Part shown: one piece after another, positions 30,013 to 40,073 of the stretch
Position numbering within the stretch: the stretch's first letter is position 1
Layout of the letters: every line of letters begins with the position of its first letter
NCBI GenBank assembly: GCA_036502945.1
Contig: DASXXR010000303.1
Coordinates: 1 to 51,791, forward strand
Source: Paraburkholderia sp.
Lineage (GTDB): Bacteria; Pseudomonadota; Gammaproteobacteria; Burkholderiales; Burkholderiaceae
Direction: 5' to 3'
Length of the DNA stretch: 51,791 bases
Program-made: the position numbers and the translations under genes
Notes under the pieces: model-generated
Told to the model about the DNA's origin: nothing
The model's database searches: none
What the model saw: only the letters and a program-made list of their open reading frames with translations

Positions 30013-32541
30013 ATGAACCCCGGCGAAGCTCCGATTGCTGAGATGCGGGCGACCTTGGACCAGGAGTTCGATGTCGTGCTCCTGCCCGTCTCGCATCCGG
30101 CCCTGGGCGCAATCCGCATCACCGAAAACCTGTTCGCGGTCGGCCGCAGCGAGGTGCCGTTCGCCGACTATCCGCGTGATCTGATCGCGCGGTTATCGCG
30201 CCGCCACGCGCGGATTTTCTCGGAACATGGCGCGGTCTACGTCGCGGATCTGGACAGCAAGAACGGCACGGCGGTCAATGGCGTCAGCGTGCACGAGTCG
30301 CCGAGCCGTGTGCGTGCCGGCGACGAATTGTGTTTCGGCGCTGAGCTTTCCTATCGGGTCGGCATCGAGCCGCGTGCCTTTAACCCAGCATCCGCGCGTG
30401 CAGCGCAGCAATTCAGCGTCACGCTCATCCCGGATCGTGGCGATCTCGGGCTCGAGCCGATCGACGTGCACGCGTTCCCGTTTCTCGTCAGCAAGACCGA
30501 CGAACTGTTCTCGCGCTACAAGGATCGCTATCCGCACCAGGTCAACTACATTTCGCGCCGCCACGCGCACCTCTTTCTGCGCGGCGGCGAACCGTATGTC
30601 GAAGATCTCGGCAGCACGAACGGCACCTTCGTCAACGGCGAGCGGCTCGACGAATCCGCCGTTGCGCTGCACGACGGCGATCTGCTTGGATTCGGCAGCG
30701 ATCATTTCGTCTATAGGGTGAAGCGGCATAAGGCGTTGGAGGTCGAGCCGACCTTGACGCAAATGACGCCGCAACGGGCCGCGCCTGCGCCCGCAGTCGA
30801 ACCTGCCATCGACCCCGCCGTCGACATGGACAAGACGACCTTCGTCGGCGCCGCGCATTCGTTTCTCGACATCTTCTATGTCGACCGTTCGGTGCAGCGC
30901 GAAGACGAAGTCAACGAAGCGGCGCAACCGCCGGCTGATCGTGCCGCTGACGAAACGCAAACCCGCCGGCCGCGGCACCGCTGGATAGCGCTTGCATCGG
31001 AGTTGACGCGGACCTTTGCGGGGAGCGACCGAACGGTGCTGCGTCGCATCGGCTGGGGCGCGCTGGCGGGCGTGATCGCGATTGCGGCGATCGCATTGGC
31101 GCTGTATATGAGGGGCGCATCGGAGCGCGAATTGAAGAATCTTTTGGCAAGCGGCGAATATGAGCAGGCAGTTGGAGCGGCGAATGCCTATCTGCATCGC
31201 CATCCCGCCGACGATGCGGTCAAGGCATTGGCTAGCGAAGCGCTAATGAAAGCAAGAGTGCCCGGATGGCTCGCCGTGCTGCAGGCACGGCAGTTCGATC
31301 GCGCTAGCGCGCTGATCGAGGGCATGAAAGCGTCTGGCGCGGAAAATGCGGACACAGCCACTTTGGTCGGCGAACTGCAGTGGGTTGGTGAACTGGAGCG
31401 CTTCGTCGTCGGCCGTGGCGGTGCAGACGCGCCGATCCGCATCTACGCCGACGAAAACCGGATCGACAGTTTGCTCAAGCATTGGGACGACGACCCGAAA
31501 AGCCACCAGCGCACGCTCGACCGGATCGCGTCGTATGTACCGCAGTTCGCTGAACCCTATGCGCTAGCGTTAAGCCATTTGCGCAAACTGCAGAGCGACG
31601 ACTCGGTGTACGTTGCCGCCATCGAGCGGCTCAACGCGACGATCAACACCGAACTCGGCCGCGACAAGCCCGATGCATTGCCGGCGGTGCTTGACGACTA
31701 CGGGCAGCGTTATCCGCGGCTTGCGGGTCTCGACGGCGTGCGCGAAGACGTGCGGCAATACACAGCCGTGTTGAACGAGATGCTGGCGCGGCATTTGACG
31801 CCGCTGCTCGCGCTGCTGAACAAGGTGAAGTTCACAACGCCACCGTTCAACGCGCAATTCCAGCAGTTGGCGGCGACCCGTTTGCCGCCGGCGGATGTGA
31901 TCCACCGGCACGACGCGGCGATAGCCGCGTGGCAGCGCGGCGACAGCCAGCAGGCGCTAGCCGGTTTGCAACGCATAGCGGGCGGCTCCTGGTCCGACGT
32001 GATCGCAGCCGAACAGGCGCATAAGAAAACAATCGTCGACCAGTTCGCTGATTTGCATAAGAACCGTGGCGGCAACGACTATGAGGAGCATCTGCTGTCG
32101 TTCTTTGCCGCACTTGATCCTGTTGAAGATGTCTGGTTCGTGCACGCCATTCAGCCGGACGTGGCCGCGTTGCGCGACAAGGCATTGGCGCGCGCACACG
32201 ATCTGCTTGCGCGGGCGCAGTCGTTATGGCGTCAGTATCGTGCGAACGGGTCGATCGGCGGCACGCAGCGGCTCGAAGCGGGAATCTCCGAGCGCTTTCG
32301 CAGCCAGGCGCGTTTGCTGTCCAATGCGCAGGCTTCGGCGCAGCAAGGCATGCGGATCTATTCGCAACTGAAGGCGGAGCATCCCGCGGAATCGGACCAG
32401 TTGCAGGAGGACGTCGACGCGGAAAGCGATCTGCAGCGCCGCTCGCTGCAGGAGTTGCGCATGGTACTGGAGCCGAACCTCTTGAAGGCCAAACTCGCAT
32501 TGATCGGAGGCGAACGCGGTGAAGCGAGACAATCACCCTAA
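30013..32541 (+). CDS. Double-FHA-domain membrane protein with large helical C-terminal region
   Basis: Two FHA signatures (VGRS..SRRHA..DLDSKNGT and SRRHA..DLGSTNGT); TM ALAGVIAIAAIALALYM; helical/TPR-like remainder. Confidence 0.88.
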   Translation: MNPGEAPIAEMRATLDQEFDVVLLPVSHPALGAIRITENLFAVGRSEVPFADYPRDLIARLSRRHARIFSEHGAVYVADLDSKNGTAVNGVSVHESPSRVRAGDELCFGAELSYRVGIEPRAFNPASARAAQQFSVTLIPDRGDLGLEPIDVHAFPFLVSKTDELFSRYKDRYPHQVNYISRRHAHLFLRGGEPYVEDLGSTNGTFVNGERLDESAVALHDGDLLGFGSDHFVYRVKRHKALEVEPTLTQMTPQRAAPAPAVEPAIDPAVDMDKTTFVGAAHSFLDIFYVDRSVQREDEVNEAAQPPADRAADETQTRRPRHRWIALASELTRTFAGSDRTVLRRIGWGALAGVIAIAAIALALYMRGASERELKNLLASGEYEQAVGAANAYLHRHPADDAVKALASEALMKARVPGWLAVLQARQFDRASALIEGMKASGAENADTATLVGELQWVGELERFVVGRGGADAPIRIYADENRIDSLLKHWDDDPKSHQRTLDRIASYVPQFAEPYALALSHLRKLQSDDSVYVAAIERLNATINTELGRDKPDALPAVLDDYGQRYPRLAGLDGVREDVRQYTAVLNEMLARHLTPLLALLNKVKFTTPPFNAQFQQLAATRLPPADVIHRHDAAIAAWQRGDSQQALAGLQRIAGGSWSDVIAAEQAHKKTIVDQFADLHKNRGGNDYEEHLLSFFAALDPVEDVWFVHAIQPDVAALRDKALARAHDLLARAQSLWRQYRANGSIGGTQRLEAGISERFRSQARLLSNAQASAQQGMRIYSQLKAEHPAESDQLQEDVDAESDLQRRSLQELRMVLEPNLLKAKLALIGGERGEARQSP

Positions 32542-33892
32542 GCCGCTCCACGAGGCGCTGGAGGACCACAGCGTCGAAGGCATTGCGATCCTGACGGCGG
32601 AACCCGCGCGGATCGCGCGGGCGCTCGTGCTCGCGATGATCGCGCTCGTCGTGGCCGGACTGTTGTGGTCGTTCATCGGCCGCGCGGATGTGATCGTGAC
32701 CGCGCAGGGGACGCTGTCGCCGGAATCGGAAGTGCGACGCATCTATACGCCGATCGACGGTGAACTTGCGGACCTGTATATCGCCGAAGGGCAACCGGTT
32801 TCGAAAGGCGATGTGCTTGCACGGCTGAACGCGCGCGGCGCGATCGAGGCGGCCACCAACGCACTGCAGGCGCAACTGAAACTCGATGACGCGGAACGCG
32901 AGTGGAAGCAGTTCCCCGAGAAAAAGCAACTGATGGAACGCAAGGCGGCCGCGTTGAAGGATCAACTGGAAGTCGAGGAACGGCTGCACGAGAATCGCGT
33001 ATCGGAAGGCACAAGCAAGCTTGCGGAAGGGCAGAAGGCGCAACTCGAGGAAGCCCGCAGCGCGCTCGACAACGCGCGCCGGATGCGCGACGCCACACGG
33101 CTTGAACTGGACCGATACTCACGCCTCTTCGCGCAGCCGGGCGGCGGCGGCATTGCCGAGCTGCAGGTCGAGACGAAGCGCAACGCTTATCTTGAAGCCG
33201 AAAACGCGTACCGTGTCGCGCAATCGAAGCTTGCCGAACTGGATTTCAAGCTGAGTCACGAATACGCAGAGGCGAAGGCGCAACTCGAAACCAGCGGCCA
33301 GCAATCCACCAATCTGAAATTGCAGTATGACGCCGCGGTGCGCGAAGTCGCCAGCACCGAAGACAAGTTGCGGTTGCAACTGCAGACCGCGCGCCTCGTT
33401 TCCGACGCCGCCGCGCGCATTCGCTTCGAGAACATCGACAAGGACAATTTCCTGCTGGTTCTGTCGCCGGTGTCGGGTGTGATCACCGACGTGACGTCGA
33501 CGCAGCCGGGCGACAAGATTCAGGCGAACGCGCCGCTCGGCGGCATCGCGCCGAAGGATGCGCGCCCGGTGCTGAAGATCGAAATCGCCGAACGCGACCG
33601 CGCGTTCCTGCACGAAGGGATGCCGGTCAAGCTGAAGTTCAACGCCTTCCCGTATCAGCGCTACGGGCTTATCAACGGCACGCTCGCTTATATCTCGCCG
33701 GCGACGAAGCCGTCCGGACAGGACAAGCAGCCTGTCTACGAAGGCCGCGTGACGCTCGACAAAGATTATTACCAGATTGCGGAAACCCGCTATCCGTTGC
33801 GTTTCGGAATGACGGCAAGCGCAGAAATCGTCGTGCGCGAACGGCGCTTGATCGATCTGGGCCTGGATCCGTTCAGGCAACTGGCCGGATAA
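32519..33892 (+). CDS. HlyD-family membrane fusion protein
   Basis: N-terminal TM; EGQPVSKGDVLARL; long coiled coil; SPVSGVI, AFPYQRYGLINGTL..ISP, GMTASAEI. Confidence 0.93.
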   Translation: MKRDNHPKPLHEALEDHSVEGIAILTAEPARIARALVLAMIALVVAGLLWSFIGRADVIVTAQGTLSPESEVRRIYTPIDGELADLYIAEGQPVSKGDVLARLNARGAIEAATNALQAQLKLDDAEREWKQFPEKKQLMERKAAALKDQLEVEERLHENRVSEGTSKLAEGQKAQLEEARSALDNARRMRDATRLELDRYSRLFAQPGGGGIAELQVETKRNAYLEAENAYRVAQSKLAELDFKLSHEYAEAKAQLETSGQQSTNLKLQYDAAVREVASTEDKLRLQLQTARLVSDAAARIRFENIDKDNFLLVLSPVSGVITDVTSTQPGDKIQANAPLGGIAPKDARPVLKIEIAERDRAFLHEGMPVKLKFNAFPYQRYGLINGTLAYISPATKPSGQDKQPVYEGRVTLDKDYYQIAETRYPLRFGMTASAEIVVRERRLIDLGLDPFRQLAG

Positions 33893-33984
33893 GCGGAATT
33901 CGAAGCGATGCACAGCAAGCCGTAGTCGACAGCACAACCGCAAGCCCGCGCGTTGCGCGAGCGAAAACCTGAGGAGCGGATGAG

Positions 33985-34737
33985 ATGACCGCGATTGTAC
34001 GAATCGACGATGAAGTCGTCGACGATGCCGAGTTCATACGTTTGCTGAAACTGACCGGCCAGTTCGAGAGCCTGATCGAGCAACTGGTGCGCGACAAGCT
34101 GACGGTCCATTCGGCGAAAAAGCACGGCATGACGGTGACCGCCGACGAAATCCAGCAGCGTGCCGATCAGTTCCGCCGCGTACGCGGCCTGCACCGCGCT
34201 ACTGATACCAACCAGTACCTCGATACGCTCGGCGTCACGCTCGACCAGTTCGAAGCCTTTATCGTGGATGGCCTGTATCAGGAAAAGATGCTCGAGAAGG
34301 TTGCCGACGACAACGCGATCGAAGAGTACTTCTCGCTGCACTCGCCGAAGTTCGATGCAATCGAAGTGAGCCACATCGTGCTCGACAACGACGGCAAGTC
34401 GAAGGAAATGATCTCGTATCTGCACGACGATCCGGACAGCTTTGCCGATATGGCGCGCGAACATTCGATCGCCGATACGCGCGATGCGGGCGGCGTGATC
34501 GGCAAGGTGCTGCGTGGCTCGTTGAAGCCGGATATCGAGGCGAAGATTTTCAACGCGGCGGTCGGCGATCTGCTCGGGCCGTTTCCGTCGCCTGATCGTT
34601 CGTGCTTTGAGATCTTTGCGGTGACCGCGAAGTATCCGGCGTCGCTGGACGCCGACGTCGCGTCGGAGATCAAGCGCTTGCTGCGTGAGGAATGGCTGGT
34701 GGCGCGCGCGCAGGAACATGTCATCGAAGCACGCTGA
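33985..34737 (+). CDS. PpiC/parvulin-type peptidyl-prolyl isomerase-like foldase
   Basis: SurA-like N-terminal helices; VSHIVL, FADMAREHS, GGVIG, GDLLGP; no signal peptide. Confidence 0.85.
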   Translation: MTAIVRIDDEVVDDAEFIRLLKLTGQFESLIEQLVRDKLTVHSAKKHGMTVTADEIQQRADQFRRVRGLHRATDTNQYLDTLGVTLDQFEAFIVDGLYQEKMLEKVADDNAIEEYFSLHSPKFDAIEVSHIVLDNDGKSKEMISYLHDDPDSFADMAREHSIADTRDAGGVIGKVLRGSLKPDIEAKIFNAAVGDLLGPFPSPDRSCFEIFAVTAKYPASLDADVASEIKRLLREEWLVARAQEHVIEAR

Positions 34738-34812
34738 GGGCAAAGCCGTCTGAAGCTGCTTGAGGCCACCTGAAGCCGCCCACAATCCACCTAAGCCAGA
34801 GACCGCAAGCAC

Positions 34813-37800
34813 ATGGATGCTCCACAGACCTCGCCGTCCACCGCCGAATTCCTGTCGACGGTCGAAATCCTGTCGCCGTTTTCACGCGAGGAACTGGAGC
34901 GGCTGGCTGAACATGCGCAAACGCGCTTTTACACGTTCGGCGAGACGGTGTGTAACGCGGGCGATCCGGCGGACGGACTCTTCGTGATCAAGTCCGGTTC
35001 GGTACGTATCTTCACCGAAGAGCACGGTAAAGAAATCAGCATGGGCGTGCGCAAGCAAGGAGAGATCTTTGCCGACATTGCGATGCTGCGCCCGTATCTG
35101 CATGAATCGTCGGTAAGGGCGTCGTCGAAGACCGAATTGCTGTTCGTCCCGCGCACGGCGATCGAGCCCATCACAGCGGGCAATCAGGCCGCACTCTCAT
35201 TTGTCGCGAGCTACGTCGCGATCAATTCGGCGGGCGGCTTCGTTGCGAAGCTATTCGATTTGCGTGGCAAGCTGAACAAGGCCGAACTCGAAGAGTATGT
35301 GCGCAGCGTCGGCGTCAAGCGGGTTAGCGCAGGAAAGGAAATTCTCAAGCAGGACGCACGCGACGATCGCAGACTATACGTGGTGCGCCAGGGCGAAGTG
35401 CGGATCGTGCGGCACGAGGACGGAACCGACTACACGCTCGCGACGCTGCGCGACGGCGAGATCTTTGGCGAGAAGGCGTGCCTGATGCGCCAGGAGCAGA
35501 CGGCTTCGGTCATTGCGGCCACCGATACGCGCCTGCTTGTCATTCCTGAGCGGACAGTGCATTTCATTCTCGAACGCAACCCGAAGCTGCGCGAAGTGCT
35601 CGACGAACGGGTTCGCTATTCCGACCGCGAACTGGAGCGTCAAAAGCGGTTGGCACAGCGGCGCAAGCTGCCGTCGATGCTCGATCTCCACACGAAGCCG
35701 GAACTCGGCGAACACGTGATCCGACGCTTCGCGCTAGTCGATCAGGCCGAGGAAATCGATTGCGGCGCGGCGTGTCTCGCGATGGTGTGCAAGCACTACG
35801 GCATTCCGATGACGCTCGGCAAGCTGCGCGAACTCGCGAATGTGACGACGCAGGGCGCGACGCTTGACAGCCTTGCGCGGGCAGGCGAAGCGCTCGGTTT
35901 CACGACACACGGCGTGCAATGCACATTCGATTCGCTGCGCGGGTTCGAATTGCCATTCATCATCCACTGGGAGGGGTATCACTACGTCGTGGTGTATGGC
36001 GTGTCGCGCAACTACGTATGGCTCGCCGACCCGGCGCTTGGCTTCAGAAAGCTGAGTGTCGAGGATTTCGAGCGCGGCTGGAGCGGCACGTGTCTGCTCT
36101 TCACCGCAGGCGCGAATCTGGTGCAGCTGGCCGCGTCGCGTTCGCCGTGGCTGCGTTTCGTCGGTTACCTGACGCCTTACCGGAAAATCCTCGGGTACCT
36201 GTTCATGGCGACTTTCGTGATCCAGGTGCTCGGCGTCGTTCCACCGCTTATCATCCAGAACATCCTCGACGGCGTGATCGTCCATCAGAACATCGGGCTG
36301 CTGCACCTGCTGATCATCGGCTTGATCATCTCCAACGTCTTTACGCAATTGATGTCGACGATCCGCGCGTATCTGTCGAACTTCATGGTCCGCAATATGG
36401 ACTTCGCGATGATGTCGCAGTTCTTCAAGCACACGATGTCGTTGCCGTTCTCGTTCTTTGCGAAGCGCAAGACCGGCGACATCTTCGCGCGCTTCCAGGA
36501 GAACCAGACCATTCGCGCATTCCTGACCGAATCGACGGTCACGACCGCGCTGAATCTGCTGATGGTGTTCATCTACTTCGCGATCATGTTCTTCTACAAC
36601 GTGAAGATGACGTTGACGCTGATCGCATTCGTCATTCCGATTCTCGCGCTGACGGTAATCGCGACGCCAAGGATCAAGGCGTACGCGCGCGAGGTGTTCG
36701 CGGCTTCCACCGATTCGAAGTCGTTCCTGATGGAAGCGTTGTCCGGCGTCGAAACGGTGAAGGGGATGGGCATCGAGCGCCCGGTCAGGCTGCGCTGGGA
36801 AAAGAAGTATGCGAAGGCGCTTGAAGTGCAGTATCGCGCGCACGCCTTCAACATTCTGGTCAGTTTCGGCAGCCAGTTGCTGAACGCGGCCACCACGATC
36901 GCGATTCTGTGGGTCGGCGCGAATCTCGTGCTGGCGCGCGAGATGACGATCGGCCAGCTGATCGCGTTCAATGCGTTCATGGGCAGCGTGCTGAGCCCGC
37001 TGATGGGCCTCGTCGGCTTATGGAGCATGTTGAACGATGCGGGCGTGGCGATGGAACGGCTCGGCGACGTGCTCGATATCGAACCGGAGCAGAAGCCGGC
37101 CGATCTGCAGTCGCGCGTGATGCTGCCGGATCTGCACGGCGAAATCAGCCTGAACGGCGTGTATTTCCGCTATGGCGACAGCGACGCGCCCTATGTGCTC
37201 GAGAACATCAGCTTCGATATCAAGCCAGGCGAACTCGTCGCGATAGTCGGCCGCAGCGGCTCAGGCAAAACGACGCTGGCGAAACTGCTGGTCGGCTTCT
37301 ATGCGCCGAGCGACGGCAAGATGACCGTCGACGGCTACGATCTGAACGTGATCGACAAGGCCTACTATCGCGCGCAAATCGGCTACGTGATGCAAAGCAA
37401 CCTGTTGTTCTCAGGAACGATCGCTGAAAACATCGCAAGCGGCGACGATGCACCGGACCGGCGCCGCATCGAAGAAGTCGCGAAGATGGCCGATGCGCAC
37501 GCGTTCATCAGCAAGATGCCGCTCGGTTACGAGCAGGTGGTCGGCGAGCGGGGCGTCGGGCTTTCGGGCGGCCAGATCCAGAGGCTATGCATTGCGCGGG
37601 CGCTGTATCACGACCCGCGGCTGCTCGTATTCGACGAAGCGACTTCAGCGCTGGATACGCAATCGGAAAGCAACATCCTCGGCAACATGCACGACATTCT
37701 GAAGGGGCGTACCGCGGTCATCATCGCGCACCGGCTTAGCACGATCATGCGCGCGGACAAGATCCTCGTGCTCTATGAAGGCGCGATTGTCGAGCAAGGG

Positions 37801-37869
37801 CGGCATGAGGAACTGGTCAACCGGAAGGGCATGTACTACCAGCTCGTCCAGAAACAGTTGAGCACGTGA
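34813..37869 (+). CDS. Peptidase-containing ABC transporter (2 x cNMP-binding, C39, TMD, ATPase)
   Basis: Two cNMP folds (LFVIKSGSVRI..GEIF; LYVVRQGEVRI..GEIFGE); C39 Q...DCGAACL, HYVVV, LADP; GRSGSGKT, LSGGQ, DEATSALD. Confidence 0.95.
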   Translation: MDAPQTSPSTAEFLSTVEILSPFSREELERLAEHAQTRFYTFGETVCNAGDPADGLFVIKSGSVRIFTEEHGKEISMGVRKQGEIFADIAMLRPYLHESSVRASSKTELLFVPRTAIEPITAGNQAALSFVASYVAINSAGGFVAKLFDLRGKLNKAELEEYVRSVGVKRVSAGKEILKQDARDDRRLYVVRQGEVRIVRHEDGTDYTLATLRDGEIFGEKACLMRQEQTASVIAATDTRLLVIPERTVHFILERNPKLREVLDERVRYSDRELERQKRLAQRRKLPSMLDLHTKPELGEHVIRRFALVDQAEEIDCGAACLAMVCKHYGIPMTLGKLRELANVTTQGATLDSLARAGEALGFTTHGVQCTFDSLRGFELPFIIHWEGYHYVVVYGVSRNYVWLADPALGFRKLSVEDFERGWSGTCLLFTAGANLVQLAASRSPWLRFVGYLTPYRKILGYLFMATFVIQVLGVVPPLIIQNILDGVIVHQNIGLLHLLIIGLIISNVFTQLMSTIRAYLSNFMVRNMDFAMMSQFFKHTMSLPFSFFAKRKTGDIFARFQENQTIRAFLTESTVTTALNLLMVFIYFAIMFFYNVKMTLTLIAFVIPILALTVIATPRIKAYAREVFAASTDSKSFLMEALSGVETVKGMGIERPVRLRWEKKYAKALEVQYRAHAFNILVSFGSQLLNAATTIAILWVGANLVLAREMTIGQLIAFNAFMGSVLSPLMGLVGLWSMLNDAGVAMERLGDVLDIEPEQKPADLQSRVMLPDLHGEISLNGVYFRYGDSDAPYVLENISFDIKPGELVAIVGRSGSGKTTLAKLLVGFYAPSDGKMTVDGYDLNVIDKAYYRAQIGYVMQSNLLFSGTIAENIASGDDAPDRRRIEEVAKMADAHAFISKMPLGYEQVVGERGVGLSGGQIQRLCIARALYHDPRLLVFDEATSALDTQSESNILGNMHDILKGRTAVIIAHRLSTIMRADKILVLYEGAIVEQGRHEELVNRKGMYYQLVQKQLST

Positions 37870-39248
37870 TGAAAATACTTGACCAGCCAGAAGACAGCAG
37901 CCCGGCCATCTCGTATGCCGGATTGATCGAGAAGATCGAGATTCTGCGCTCGACGCTGCGCTGGTCGTCGCGGCTCGAACGCGCGGACATCGACAAGCTG
38001 CTGCGCCAGGCGAGCACGCTGCGCGACGAAGTAATGCAGATGTCGCACAAGGAGCGCTTCGTGCAGGCGGCGGTAGCGGAGCCGGCCCGCGCCGATCAGT
38101 CGCGCGGCGCGCGTCGTCAGGCGCTGCTTGAACGCAGCTTCATTTTTGAAGGGACGTTCGGCGACAATCCGAAGTTGCTTGAAGCGCTCGAAATTGCGGA
38201 GAAAGCCGCGCCCACCGATCTGCCGGTGCTGATCGACGGCGAAAGCGGCACTGGCAAGGAGCTGATGGCGAAGGTGATACACGCGAACGGCGGCCGGCCG
38301 GACAAGCCGTTCATCTCTGTCAACTGTGGTGCGATTCCGGAAAATCTGCTGGAGTCGGAGCTGTTCGGCCACAGAAAGGGCGCGTTTACCGGCGCTTCCA
38401 GCGACCGCAAAGGCAAGTTCGAAAGCGCGCACACGGGGACGATCTTTCTCGATGAGATCGGTGAATTGCCGCTGCCGGGCCAGGTAAAGCTGCTGCGCGT
38501 GCTCGAGGCGCATGAAATCCAGCGTGTGGGTTCCGACGAACCGATTGCCGTCGATACGCGCATCGTCGCCGCAACGAACCGGAATCTGCGCAAGCTGAGC
38601 GAAGAGGGTGCGTTTCGCGAGGATCTGTTCTATCGCCTGAGCGTGATTCACGTGACGCTGCCGCCGCTACGCGAGCGCCGCGACGAGATTCCGTTGCTGT
38701 TCGCGTATTTCGGCGACGAGGCCGCCGGTGTGCTCAAGCGCCGGCCCATCAGGATGACGCCGCGCTTGCGCGACTTCCTGCTTACTTATGCGTATCCCGG
38801 CAACATTCGCGAACTGCGCAACATCATGTACCGGATGTCGTGCCTTGCGGGGGAGATGGCCGATACCGAACATCTGCCCGCCGATATGCGGCCGGCGGCG
38901 AATGCGCCTTCGGCCGTTGCCGCATCGGTGCTCGACGTTGTAGTGAACGGCGAGGTCATGGCGTCGAATCTGTTGTCGCTTAGCGATGCAAAGCGGGCCG
39001 CAAGCGACGAAGCAGAGAAAGCTTTCCTGCAACGCGGACTGCGCGAAGTGGGCGGCACGGTGGCGGAATTGGCTCGGCGCGTCGACATGAACCGCTCGCA
39101 CTTGCAGATGCTGTTGAAGAAGCACGGGCTGCATTCAAAAGACTTTCGCCATCCGCAGACGCAGCACGGCTTGCCTTACAGGCACGACAACGTCGGCGCC
39201 GAGCATGGCGAGAGCGGCGACGACGACACCGATACCGGCGGCCGCTGA
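37869..39248 (+). CDS. sigma54-dependent enhancer-binding activator
   Basis: GESGTGKE, ESELFGH, GAFTGA, FLDEIGE, FREDLFYRL, YPGNIREL, C-terminal HTH; no REC/GAF/PAS domain visible. Confidence 0.93.
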   Translation: MKILDQPEDSSPAISYAGLIEKIEILRSTLRWSSRLERADIDKLLRQASTLRDEVMQMSHKERFVQAAVAEPARADQSRGARRQALLERSFIFEGTFGDNPKLLEALEIAEKAAPTDLPVLIDGESGTGKELMAKVIHANGGRPDKPFISVNCGAIPENLLESELFGHRKGAFTGASSDRKGKFESAHTGTIFLDEIGELPLPGQVKLLRVLEAHEIQRVGSDEPIAVDTRIVAATNRNLRKLSEEGAFREDLFYRLSVIHVTLPPLRERRDEIPLLFAYFGDEAAGVLKRRPIRMTPRLRDFLLTYAYPGNIRELRNIMYRMSCLAGEMADTEHLPADMRPAANAPSAVAASVLDVVVNGEVMASNLLSLSDAKRAASDEAEKAFLQRGLREVGGTVAELARRVDMNRSHLQMLLKKHGLHSKDFRHPQTQHGLPYRHDNVGAEHGESGDDDTDTGGR

Positions 39249-39281
39249 CCAGTCGGTCACGCGAGCCACGCTCAAGCGGTG

Positions 39282-40073
39282 TTACGGCGACGGGTTCAGC
39301 AGTGTCTTGTCCGACGCGTGGGGATCTTCGGCCTGCACGACAACGGCGGTGATGTTGTCGCGGCCGCCGCGGGAAAGCGCCATGTCGACGAGTTCATCGG
39401 TCGCGCGGCGACAGTCGGCTGCAGGAACCGTCGCGAGCGCGGCGAGAATCTCATCGTCGCTGATTTCATTCGAGAGGCCGTCGCTGCACAGCAGGAACAC
39501 GTCGCCGTCGAGAACTTCTACCGCGTCTTCGTCGAGGTCGAGCTGGTCGGTGGCGCCGACTGCGCGCGTGATGATGTGATGCGCCGGATGGTTGCGCGCT
39601 TCCTCATCGGTTAGATGGCCCAGCAAGCGCAGCGCTTCCACCTGGCTGTGATCGCGCGTCAACTGCCGCAACGCCCCTTGCCGGCACAGATAGATGCGGC
39701 TGTCGCCCGCCCACAGATAACCGCAGAAACGATCGCACGCAAGCAGGACGACGACCGTGCTGCCGATCCGCTGCACGTGGCGCCGCACTGCCTCTTCGCG
39801 CAGTTGCCGGTTGGCGCTTTGCAGCCGGGTGCGCGCTTCGGCGAGACTGCGCGTCATCCCGGCGGCAGCCGGCAGCCGGCTCAACATGTCGATGACGAGC
39901 CGGCTCGCGAGATCGCCGACCGCGTGGCCGCCCATTCCGTCCGCAACCGCCCAGCGGCCTTGCAGAGGCTCGTCGAGACACGCGTCCTCATTGATCTCAC
40001 GGACGCGGCCGGCGTCGGAACGGGCTGAAGACGCCCATCTGAAGTGGCTCGCGCAGGTCACGGCTTTTATCAA
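39282..40073 (-). CDS. PP2C-family Ser/Thr phosphatase
   Basis: GRVREINED, VADGMGGH, GDSRIY, LCSDGL, GGRDNIT; TTG start overlaps the P5 stop. Confidence 0.93.
   Translation of the reverse strand: MIKAVTCASHFRWASSARSDAGRVREINEDACLDEPLQGRWAVADGMGGHAVGDLASRLVIDMLSRLPAAAGMTRSLAEARTRLQSANRQLREEAVRRHVQRIGSTVVVLLACDRFCGYLWAGDSRIYLCRQGALRQLTRDHSQVEALRLLGHLTDEEARNHPAHHIITRAVGATDQLDLDEDAVEVLDGDVFLLCSDGLSNEISDDEILAALATVPAADCRRATDELVDMALSRGGRDNITAVVVQAEDPHASDKTLLNPSP

Noticed and set aside
22454-40073. Locus as a type VI secretion cluster
   Set aside because: Kinase/PP2C/FHA are present, but no hcp, vgrG, tssB/C, clpV or tssM motifs are seen in the window
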